The notes under the pieces are model-generated. The model had not been told where the DNA came from. It made no database searches and saw nothing but the letters and a program-made list of their open reading frames with translations. From the IMG/VR virus record IMGVR_UViG_3300043464_001377: a stretch of DNA of 33,916 nt. One strand, 5' to 3'. The number at the start of each line of letters is the position of its first letter. The stretch's first letter is position 1. The DNA is from an uncultured virus (IMG/VR IMGVR_UViG_3300043464_001377). Lineage: Duplodnaviria > Heunggongvirae > Uroviricota > Caudoviricetes. Shown one piece after another: positions 28,305 through 33,916 of the stretch. The translations under genes and the position numbers were made by a program.

Positions 28305-28833
28305 CTTCTATCGCACCGTGGGCAAGCACAGCGTCCTGACGTCAGTGCCGGAACTGGCCGGGCAACTCGGGAACAATTTAGAGCCGAGCCCAAGCGGCCT
28401 GCCGGTGGCTGTATTCGGCGAGGGGCACCGAGACCTGGGCTCGCTGGCCGTGGGCACGGCTGTCTTTTGGTGGCCCAACCACGCCCAGGAACTGTCTTCG
28501 CTGCTGGGCCTAGACTTGCAGCCCTCAAGTCTTCCGCAAGTCCCTGGCGTCCTGCCTGGATTCATCGTCGACGAGGCTGACTTTGCAGTGCCCCAGACCA
28601 TCACGGCCACGCAGATTCGCCTCTGGCTTTTCAGAAATGGCGTGAGCCTGGAGGCTGTCCAGAGTGCGATCGACGCCATCCCAGACGAGGCGGCTCGCGG
28701 CGAGACTCGCATCCAGTGGGAGTATGCGCCCTACGTAGAGCGGAGCCATCCATTCATCAACGCCCTCGGCCAGAGTCTTGGGCTGACCAGCGAGCAGATC
28801 GACCAGGCGTTCGTCGAGGCTGCTCGACTGTAG
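28297..28833 (+). CDS. Tail-fibre-associated protein
   Basis: ITATQIRLWL, WEYA.YVER.HP, LGLTSEQIDQAF motifs typical of genes next to tail fibres. Confidence 0.6.
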   Translation: MADFYRTVGKHSVLTSVPELAGQLGNNLEPSPSGLPVAVFGEGHRDLGSLAVGTAVFWWPNHAQELSSLLGLDLQPSSLPQVPGVLPGFIVDEADFAVPQTITATQIRLWLFRNGVSLEAVQSAIDAIPDEAARGETRIQWEYAPYVERSHPFINALGQSLGLTSEQIDQAFVEAARL

Positions 28834-28845
28834 GCGAAAATCTCG

Positions 28846-28873
28846 TTGCGTGCGATTTTGCGACCGCTACGAT
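28846..28873 (+). promoter_or_regulatory. Sigma70-like promoter upstream of the small-ORF/cassette region
   Basis: TTGCGT-16 bp-TACGAT; ATG 8 nt downstream (leaderless-like); GCGACC/GGTCGC inverted repeat brackets the -10. Confidence 0.5.
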
Positions 28874-28881
28874 CGGGTCGC

Positions 28882-29355
28882 ATGAGCAACTGGATTCCCA
28901 CCGGCGAGCGACTTCCAGTCGAGACTGGCTGGGTGCTGGTCACCGTCGAGACTGACGGGCGTCGCGAAGTTGGCATCGCCAGGGCGATCAACAAGCAGAT
29001 CGGCCTCGACTCGCCAGACATGGCCCCGCGTGTCACGCACTGGATGCCGCTGCCGGAGCCCGCGAAAAACTGCGTGGCTGGATTGGTCTTGTGCGTCGCC
29101 GTGCTGGTCGGGTGCGCCGCGCCGAATCCCGCAGCCTTCAAGTCCTACACCGTGACGGTCACGAGGCCGGATGGCGTTGTCCACCGGACTCTGCAAATCC
29201 AAAGCACAGAACATCCAAGAGTCGAGTCGTTCGACGACGAAGGCGGGTGCCTGCGGGTGCTGTACTGGAATGGTTCCTTCGATCGCTACAGCACGCAGCC
29301 ATTTCCGTCGGGGTGGCTCGTCGAGGTCGAGCCGAACGCGGAGGCGAGCAGATGA
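28882..29355 (+). CDS. DUF551-domain protein fused to a lipoprotein-like segment
   Basis: WIPTGERLP...VTHWMPLPEP followed by LVLCVAVLVGC. Confidence 0.65.
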   Translation: MSNWIPTGERLPVETGWVLVTVETDGRREVGIARAINKQIGLDSPDMAPRVTHWMPLPEPAKNCVAGLVLCVAVLVGCAAPNPAAFKSYTVTVTRPDGVVHRTLQIQSTEHPRVESFDDEGGCLRVLYWNGSFDRYSTQPFPSGWLVEVEPNAEASR

Positions 29356-29543
29356 GCGACGACACCTCGTGGATGGACGGGCCTGTGCTGGTCGATCCTC
29401 CGAGCGGCTGGAGGTGGGGATTCCCAAAACTCTGGGATCGCAAGACGCCGTGCCGGGAGTGGCTGGTCGCCAATGGGTATCCAGAGCATCTGGCGAATCA
29501 AGACTTGCCGTGCCGGTTCATTCAGCCGGAGCGAGAGGATTGA
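29352..29543 (+). CDS. Small phage protein
   Basis: VDPPSGWRWGFPK...WLVANGYP; ATGA coupling. Confidence 0.65.
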   Translation: MSDDTSWMDGPVLVDPPSGWRWGFPKLWDRKTPCREWLVANGYPEHLANQDLPCRFIQPERED

Positions 29544-29837
29544 ATGCACGTCATCGACAAAGCAGCCTATGAAGGCGACATCGTCTCTCGGCTCAGGAAC
29601 TGGCGAGGGCTGCACCTCGCTCACAGCGGGGAGTTGTTCGAGGAGGCGGCCGACGAAATTGAAAAGATTCGCGCCTACAGAGACGAAGCCGAGGATGCGG
29701 CGTCGATAGCGAACCTGGCGGCACTCAGCCTGCGGCTGACCGACGATGAGTGGGGGGCGATTGCATACTATGTCGGCACTGGCGGGCCTCGTGGTGTAGA
29801 CGCCACGCTCCGCTCACTGCTGGAGCGAACGAAATGA
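29544..29837 (+). CDS. Small phage protein (DIV.RLR/EAADEIE motif) with LTxxE...LLERT tail
   Basis: GDIVSRLR, EAADEIE, RLTDDEW...TLRSLLERTK. Confidence 0.65.
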   Translation: MHVIDKAAYEGDIVSRLRNWRGLHLAHSGELFEEAADEIEKIRAYRDEAEDAASIANLAALSLRLTDDEWGAIAYYVGTGGPRGVDATLRSLLERTK

Positions 29838-30013
29838 GCCTGGACAAGGCTATCGAACACGGCAAGGAGAAACGGAAGGGCTATCACAAATCCGCCGCCG
29901 TTGACCGCACATGCCGACCCGGAGGCACATGCCCGTATTGCTCTAGGGGCAGGCGGCACAAGAACAAAAAGCGAGCGGCAGCGGCGAAGGACAAGGAGAG
30001 TGACTGTGGCTGA
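29834..30013 (+). CDS. Small basic Cys-containing phage protein
   Basis: MSLDKAIEHGKEKRK..DRTCRPGGTCPYC. Confidence 0.6.
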   Translation: MSLDKAIEHGKEKRKGYHKSAAVDRTCRPGGTCPYCSRGRRHKNKKRAAAAKDKESDCG

Positions 30014-30236
30014 AGAACAGAATCCGGTGGCGTGGGCGGCGGTCGCCAAGAATGACGCCGCCGACTGGCTGCGGCACGCGATCGCCGCCGACCGCATCAG
30101 GATCGCGCAACTGGAGTCAGAGATCGAGCGCCTGCGGCTCACCTTCGAGGAGCGGCAGGCGATGATGCGCGCGATGTATCGGGTTGTTGGCGCCGACTCC
30201 GAAATACTCTGGTCGCTGCTGGAGCGGACGAGGTGA
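30006..30236 (+). CDS. Small phage protein (PVAW motif, LTxEER tail)
   Basis: AAGGAG SD before GTG; stop codon lies in the attC core TGAGAAC. Confidence 0.65.
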   Translation: MAEEQNPVAWAAVAKNDAADWLRHAIAADRIRIAQLESEIERLRLTFEERQAMMRAMYRVVGADSEILWSLLERTR

Positions 30237-30323
30237 GAACGACAAGGATCAGGAGCGGCGAGACATGAACACTGACAACACGCAGGACGGTGCCGAGCCG
30301 TCTCCTGCATCCGCTGGTTCTGC
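30234..30323 (-). other. attC site A (type 1, 90 bp)
   Basis: Minus strand: AGAAC-CAGCG-GATGCAGG...CCTGATC-CTTGTC-GTTCTCA. Confidence 0.85.
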
Positions 30324-30552
30324 CACGCTCACTGTGGACGACGTTGCGTTGCTCTACGACGAATGGAAGCGGCGATACTGCGGCCCGCGAGACATGGTGA
30401 TTCTGGTGCGGAGGCCAATGTGGAAACGAGTGCTTTCCGTCCCGTGGATGTGGTGGTCGCACTTCGGACTGGCTTGCCAATACACGGGCATTTTTCAATC
30501 CGCAAGGCTGGCAACGCTCTTCGTCTGGGCGTTCCTTACGGCTCGCAAGTAG
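30265..30552 (+). CDS. Cassette protein starting inside attC A
   Basis: AGGAG-9 nt-ATG within the attC; N-terminus MNTDNTQDGAEPSPASAGS; hydrophobic C-terminus. Confidence 0.6.
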   Translation: MNTDNTQDGAEPSPASAGSATLTVDDVALLYDEWKRRYCGPRDMVILVRRPMWKRVLSVPWMWWSHFGLACQYTGIFQSARLATLFVWAFLTARK

Positions 30553-30554
30553 TG

Positions 30555-30644
30555 GTAGAACGCCAGCGATCAGCGGCCCGCGACCTATGACCATGAACAA
30601 ACCAACCGACGATCTCGCGGGTCCGCTGCATCGCGTGGTTCTCA
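30555..30644 (-). other. attC site B (type 2, 90 bp)
   Basis: + strand AAC-GCCAG-CGATCAGCGGCCCGCGA...TCGCGGG(T)CCGCTG(C)ATCG-CGTG-GTT. Confidence 0.85.
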
Positions 30645-30805
30645 CTGGTCGGCAGCGAGAGGCAATCATGTATTGCATCGCGTGTGCGCAGGACTTCCGA
30701 GACACTATTGATTCGTTTGAACCTGACGGCGATTTGGCGCGACAAAAGGCCACTGAGAACATTGACATTGCCATAAGGCTCGTTTGGCCGCTCGTTGGCC
30801 CTTAG
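30587..30805 (+). CDS. Cassette protein starting inside attC B
   Basis: ATG in the attC loop; LTGRQREAI motif. Confidence 0.55.
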   Translation: MTMNKPTDDLAGPLHRVVLTGRQREAIMYCIACAQDFRDTIDSFEPDGDLARQKATENIDIAIRLVWPLVGP

Positions 30806-30821
30806 CAGACGAAGGACGAAA

Positions 30822-30974
30822 ATGAACAGAGAACCGATGTGGCTGTCAGTTCTGGTGTTTCCCATGAGAGCGGCCTTCGTAGTTATGGGGCTGTCGATGG
30901 TGGCGGCATTTTTAGTCGCGCCTTGGGTCTTGATTGCTTGGGCCGCAGGCTGTTGGTGCGGATGGTGTAAGTGA
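30822..30974 (+). CDS. 50-aa hydrophobic membrane peptide
   Basis: AAGGA SD; MNREPMWLSVLVF...WCGWCK; stop in the TGAGAAC core. Confidence 0.55.
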   Translation: MNREPMWLSVLVFPMRAAFVVMGLSMVAAFLVAPWVLIAWAAGCWCGWCK

Positions 30975-31006
30975 GAACCAGTGTTTCTCAACGTAAAGGA
31001 GTTTGC

Positions 31007-31588
31007 ATGACGACTTTTGGGTTTTTCCTGTCTGCGGCCACGCTGGCTCTTGGGCTGCTTCTTGGCTACATCGTTTTTGGGATGAGACCGAAGCCTGCGC
31101 AAGATGACTACGCTGATTGTTTGATTCACCCCGAGACAACGCCGCAGGTCAAGTGGGTGAAAATGACGCGGCCTACGAGGGACGCGATCATCGACATCTA
31201 CGCGGCCAACATGGACGAGTGCAAGAAGTTCATGGAGGCAAACGACCGCGTTACGACTGGCGAGGCGGCGATACTGTGGCTCATGGAAAAGGCGAAGCGA
31301 CAACACCGGCGATCAGCGGCCCGCGACCGCTGCATCGCGTGGTTCTCAAAAGCAAAGGAGACAGGCATGAGTGATCTTGTGCCGCCGATGATGCCTGACG
31401 ATCTGGATGCGCTCATCCAGGCGATGGAGCGAGTGCAGCAGTTAGAGGCGGAGGTGGAAAAGTTGCGGCTCACCGGCGAGGAGCGGGAGGCGATTGCGTG
31501 GTTTTCGGTCTACTCCGACACGCCAGGAGAGGAGCGGCACGCGGCCGTGCTGGAGACACTGATTGCACGGTTGGATTGTGACCGATGA
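31007..31588 (+). CDS. Fused ORF reading through attC C; second start at 31367
   Basis: AAAGGAG SD before both ATG 31007 and in-frame ATG 31367. Confidence 0.55.
   Translation: MTTFGFFLSAATLALGLLLGYIVFGMRPKPAQDDYADCLIHPETTPQVKWVKMTRPTRDAIIDIYAANMDECKKFMEANDRVTTGEAAILWLMEKAKRQHRRSAARDRCIAWFSKAKETGMSDLVPPMMPDDLDALIQAMERVQQLEAEVEKLRLTGEEREAIAWFSVYSDTPGEERHAAVLETLIARLDCDR
31298..31348 (-). other. attC site C (short type 2, 51 bp)
   Basis: AAC-ACCGG-CGATCAGCGG-CCCGCGA-CCGCTG(C)ATCG-CGTG-GTTCTCA. Confidence 0.75.
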
Positions 31589-31659
31589 TCAGCGATAACC
31601 GCGAAAATAGGCGGCGATCATCACTGACCACAGAGAGCAGCCCGAGAAAGGACGTTGAT

Positions 31660-31896
31660 ATGACACAGAACGAACTGGCCGAACGGCTGCGAGACATGAG
31701 CGACGCGCTCAACATTTGCGGTGCCGATTACAGTGACGTTTTGCTGGACGCGGCGAGAGAACTGGACCGCAGGAGTTGGATTCCGCAGCCCACGCTCACC
31801 GACGAGGAGCGGGAGGCGTTGCGCGGGATGCTTCCGACGATCATGTACGAACCGCACAGGAAGGCGATTGAGTCGATACTGGCACGGCTTGGTTGA
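31660..31896 (+). CDS. Cassette protein with PTLTDEERE tail
   Basis: AAAGGA SD; LAERLR..DAAREL; stop in the attC D core. Confidence 0.65.
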   Translation: MTQNELAERLRDMSDALNICGADYSDVLLDAARELDRRSWIPQPTLTDEEREALRGMLPTIMYEPHRKAIESILARLG

Positions 31897-31983
31897 GAAC
31901 ACGCAGGATCAGGAGCGGCGAACAATGAGCGATGACAACACGCAGGACGGTGCCGAGCCGTCTCCTGCATCGGCTGGTTCTCA
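31894..31983 (-). other. attC site D (type 1, 90 bp)
   Basis: Near-identical to A and H; encodes 20-aa peptide MSDDNTQDGAEPSPASAGSH (31925-31987). Confidence 0.85.
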
Positions 31984-32005
31984 CTGACAGAAACAAGGAG
32001 TTGAA

Positions 32006-32221
32006 ATGCCGAAGTGCATCATCGGTCCCAATGGAGTGGCTCACGGCCCAATGTGCAAGGACGGTCGCTTGTGCGGTTTTCGCGGAAACCAACTAGAGAG
32101 CGACCGCAAGTCGCAGCCCACGCTCACCGACGAGGAGCGGCAGGTGATATTTCGCGCGATGTATCGGGCTGCCGGCGCCGACTCCGCAATACTCTGGTCG
32201 CTGCTGGAGCGGACGAGGTGA
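32006..32221 (+). CDS. Cassette protein with PTLTDEER tail
   Basis: AAGGAG SD; stop in the attC E core. Confidence 0.65.
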   Translation: MPKCIIGPNGVAHGPMCKDGRLCGFRGNQLESDRKSQPTLTDEERQVIFRAMYRAAGADSAILWSLLERTR

Positions 32222-32308
32222 GAACGACAAGGATCAGGAGCGGCGAACAATGAACACTGACAACACGCGGGGCGCGGCCGAGCCGTCTCTTGCATCCGCT
32301 GGTTATGC
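32219..32308 (-). other. attC site E (type 1, 90 bp)
   Basis: AAC-GACAA-GGATCAGGAG-CGGC...GCCG(T)CTCTTG(C)ATCC-GCTG-GTTATGC. Confidence 0.85.
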
Positions 32309-32609
32309 GGTTGGCGATGTGATGGCGTTTCAGTGCGGGTTGCGTGGCGAATCATGGGAACTGCACAAAATCACCCGCATTACCGAGAAGGGGCTGATGA
32401 CTTGTGGCCCGTACCAGATAGACGCGCACCTGCGAGTCAGGGGGCGAACGGGCTATTCCGGGCCGATTTGCAGAGGCAGGCCGACGCCTAAAATCATGGC
32501 AGAAGTTCAGCGGCAAAGGGCTATTGCCATTATCAAGGCGACGAACTGGAGCAGCGTGCCGCTGGACAACCTTTTGGGTGTGATAGCGGTGCTGGAACAA
32601 GACGCATAA
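32250..32609 (+). CDS. Cassette protein starting inside attC E
   Basis: N-terminus MNTDNTRGAAEPSLASAG; stop TAA in the attC F core. Confidence 0.65.
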   Translation: MNTDNTRGAAEPSLASAGYAVGDVMAFQCGLRGESWELHKITRITEKGLMTCGPYQIDAHLRVRGRTGYSGPICRGRPTPKIMAEVQRQRAIAIIKATNWSSVPLDNLLGVIAVLEQDA

Positions 32610-32692
32610 CGCCAGCGATCAGCGGCATCGAACACAGGAGCAACCATGACAAACGATGTAGATGAGATGTCTGCTGCATCGCGTGGTTCTCG
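32604..32692 (-). other. attC site F (type 2, 89 bp)
   Basis: AAC-GCCAG-CGATCAGCGGCATC...GATG(T)CTGCTG(C)ATCG-CGTG-GTT; AGGAG and ATG in the loop. Confidence 0.85.
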
Positions 32693-32894
32693 CATGGTCG
32701 GCTCCGCTCCCGTCGAACGCCTTGGTGCCACCAAGGTCACTGACGTAGGCGAGTCGGGGCTGGCTTTGGCGAGCGAGGAAAGGAATGCCATCGTCGAAGT
32801 GCTTGAATGTTGGCGGCGATCTTCCGCGATACAGCAGCAACTGCCAGAGTGGAGCGTTGTTTCGCTTTGCTCACTGCTGTGGAGGACGAGGTGA
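32646..32894 (+). CDS. Cassette protein starting inside attC F
   Basis: CAGGAG SD; LASEERNAI...SLLWRTR tail. Confidence 0.6.
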   Translation: MTNDVDEMSAASRGSRMVGSAPVERLGATKVTDVGESGLALASEERNAIVEVLECWRRSSAIQQQLPEWSVVSLCSLLWRTR

Positions 32895-32904
32895 CCGAGG
32901 GGAG

Positions 32905-32953
32905 CGAGAACGCCAGCGATCAGCGGCTCGTCCGCTGCATCGCGTGGTTATGG
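32905..32953 (-). other. attC site G (minimal type 2, 49 bp)
   Basis: AAC-GCCAG-CGATCAGCGG-CTCGT-CCGCTG(C)ATCG-CGTG-GTT. Confidence 0.8.
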
Positions 32954-32981
32954 CCGGGCGAGGACAACATGAGGACGCGAG

Positions 32982-33185
32982 ATGCGATGGAAGATGATCG
33001 ACAGGCCAGCCGACGGGAACGAGGTGAGCCAGTGGTTCGCGTTCTGGCCCGTCACTGTCAAAGGCGAAACCCGGTGGCTGGAATGGGTGGCTGTGGAGTA
33101 TCGAATCGTCATCGCGGGTTACTCCGACGCTCTGAAAGTGAGGCCCGGCAAGATTCACAAGCACGCGGTGCGGTTCATTTCATAG
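32982..33185 (+). CDS. Cassette protein (WFAFWPV...RWLEWV)
   Basis: Fills cassette G; aromatic motif seen in small phage proteins. Confidence 0.6.
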   Translation: MRWKMIDRPADGNEVSQWFAFWPVTVKGETRWLEWVAVEYRIVIAGYSDALKVRPGKIHKHAVRFIS

Positions 33186-33275
33186 CCATAACACGCAGGA
33201 TCAGGAGCGGCGAACAATGAGCGATGACAACACGCAGGACGGTGCCGAGCCGTCTCCTGCATCCGCTGGTTCTCG
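33186..33275 (-). other. attC site H (type 1, 90 bp)
   Basis: Body near-identical to D. Confidence 0.85.
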
Positions 33276-33549
33276 CGGGGAGCCAGTCGCGTGGGGCGTC
33301 TTCTACGGTGATGGGAAACTTCACTCATCATGGGACTCGCACGCAAAGGCCGAATGCACGGCGGTGACGATGCGACGGTTCGACCATCTCGGCGTCTATG
33401 TTTCGCCGCTCTACCGCTCGCCCACGCTCACCGACGAGGAGCGGGCGGCCATTGCCGAAGCGGCCGGAGCCTACAACGACAACGATGACGATGAGGAGTG
33501 TGCGAAGATCGCGGCCACGCTTCACAGCCTACTGAAGCGGCTAGGTTGA
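33217..33549 (+). CDS. Cassette protein starting inside attC H (EPVAW...PLY, PTLTDEER tail)
   Basis: MSDDNTQDGAEPSPASAGS N-terminus; stop in the attC I core. Confidence 0.7.
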   Translation: MSDDNTQDGAEPSPASAGSRGEPVAWGVFYGDGKLHSSWDSHAKAECTAVTMRRFDHLGVYVSPLYRSPTLTDEERAAIAEAAGAYNDNDDDEECAKIAATLHSLLKRLG

Positions 33550-33595
33550 GAACGTCAGCGATCAGCGGCTCGTCCGCTGCATCGCGTGGTTCTGT
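33547..33595 (-). other. attC site I (minimal type 2, 49 bp)
   Basis: Body differs from G by one base. Confidence 0.8.
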
Positions 33596-33627
33596 GGTTT
33601 GTTGGATGACACAACAGGAGGATTGAA

Positions 33628-33903
33628 ATGCTCTACAACGCAATCAAGCGGCGAGACAACCTTATCTCAGGTCTGCGCGACTCGCAGGAGTTTTTTTGCA
33701 ATGCCATGAACAGGCAGCATGGCAGCCTCATCGACTGGATGCGGTGGCAGATTGAGAAGCGCGAGACGCGGCTAGACACTATCGGCCTGATCGCAAAGGC
33801 AGGCGGCGAGCCGTTGACCGCAGACGCCGCTAGGACGGCTGGCGAGGTGGCGGCATTCCACGCCGTGCTGGCGTACATCAACAACGGTTGGAAGGCAGAG
33901 TAG
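33628..33903 (+). CDS. Cassette protein, hypothetical
   Basis: AGGAGG SD; fills cassette I. Confidence 0.65.
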   Translation: MLYNAIKRRDNLISGLRDSQEFFCNAMNRQHGSLIDWMRWQIEKRETRLDTIGLIAKAGGEPLTADAARTAGEVAAFHAVLAYINNGWKAE

Positions 33904-33905
33904 TC

Positions 33906-33916
33906 ACAGAACACGC
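33906..33916 (-). other. attC site J, truncated by window end
   Basis: ACAGAAC-ACGC matches the start of D and H; core complements GTTCTGTG at 33589. Confidence 0.65.

Larger units (their letters stand above)
30234..33916 (-). mobile_element. Integron-type gene cassette array (attC cluster, no intI in window), inverted relative to ORFs
   Basis: Nine complete attC-like hairpins with complementary cassette-end core sites; array runs off the window end. Confidence 0.85.

Noticed and set aside
31593..31660. Possible extra attC at CGATAAC-CGCGAAAATAGGCGGC
   Set aside because: There is no complementary right arm, and the cassette C core pairs with 31893 instead. At most a degenerate half-site.
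32807..33220. 137-aa ORF crossing attC G and H
   Set aside because: It overlaps better-supported cassette ORFs, lacks an RBS, and ignores cassette boundaries.
30234..33595. The hairpins as simple rho-independent terminators or REP elements
   Set aside because: They have no U-tracts, they contain RBS/ATG, and neither explanation accounts for the conserved bulges or long-range core complementarity.
30234..33916. CRISPR array or diversity-generating retroelement as an explanation of the repeats
   Set aside because: Intervals are 200-600 bp and contain ORFs. Repeats vary in type and length. There is no cas or reverse transcriptase gene and no adenine-specific mismatch pattern.
1..33916. Integron integrase or other tyrosine recombinase gene
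   Set aside because: No ORF shows the R...HxxR...H/W...Y catalytic pattern. One may lie outside the window.
1..33916. tRNA/rRNA genes; capsid, portal or terminase genes
   Set aside because: None is recognisable in this window. The phage assignment rests on the replication, methylase, VRR-NUC, tail-type and small-ORF content.

Overview
This is a GC-rich, co-directional (+ strand), tightly packed segment of a dsDNA phage or prophage genome. Left to right it carries: small early genes, including an acidic Ocr-like candidate; a replication/recombination module (SNF2-type helicase, RecE/ExoVIII-like nuclease, SSB-like protein, Prim-Pol, AT-rich candidate origin, UvrD-like helicase with a 287-aa intein); a secreted trypsin-like protease; two paralogous amino-DNA methyltransferases; a GIY-YIG/NUMOD3 endonuclease and a VRR-NUC nuclease; a glyco-modification cluster; a membrane/lysis-like cluster with a papain-like peptidase; and LamG, LRR and sulfotransferase virion-type genes. 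The most striking feature is at 30234-33916, an array of integron-type attC sites (9 complete, 1 remnant, 1 cut by the window end) with canonical R/L box geometry and two extrahelical bases. The core sites at the two ends of each cassette are reverse-complementary and co-vary from cassette to cassette. The attC sites lie on the strand opposite the ORFs, so each attC precedes its gene and often supplies the RBS, start codon and N-terminus. Many cassette proteins share a C-terminal LTxEER...LL.R module. No integron integrase is visible in the window. All protein family calls come from motif recognition by eye, not database searches.
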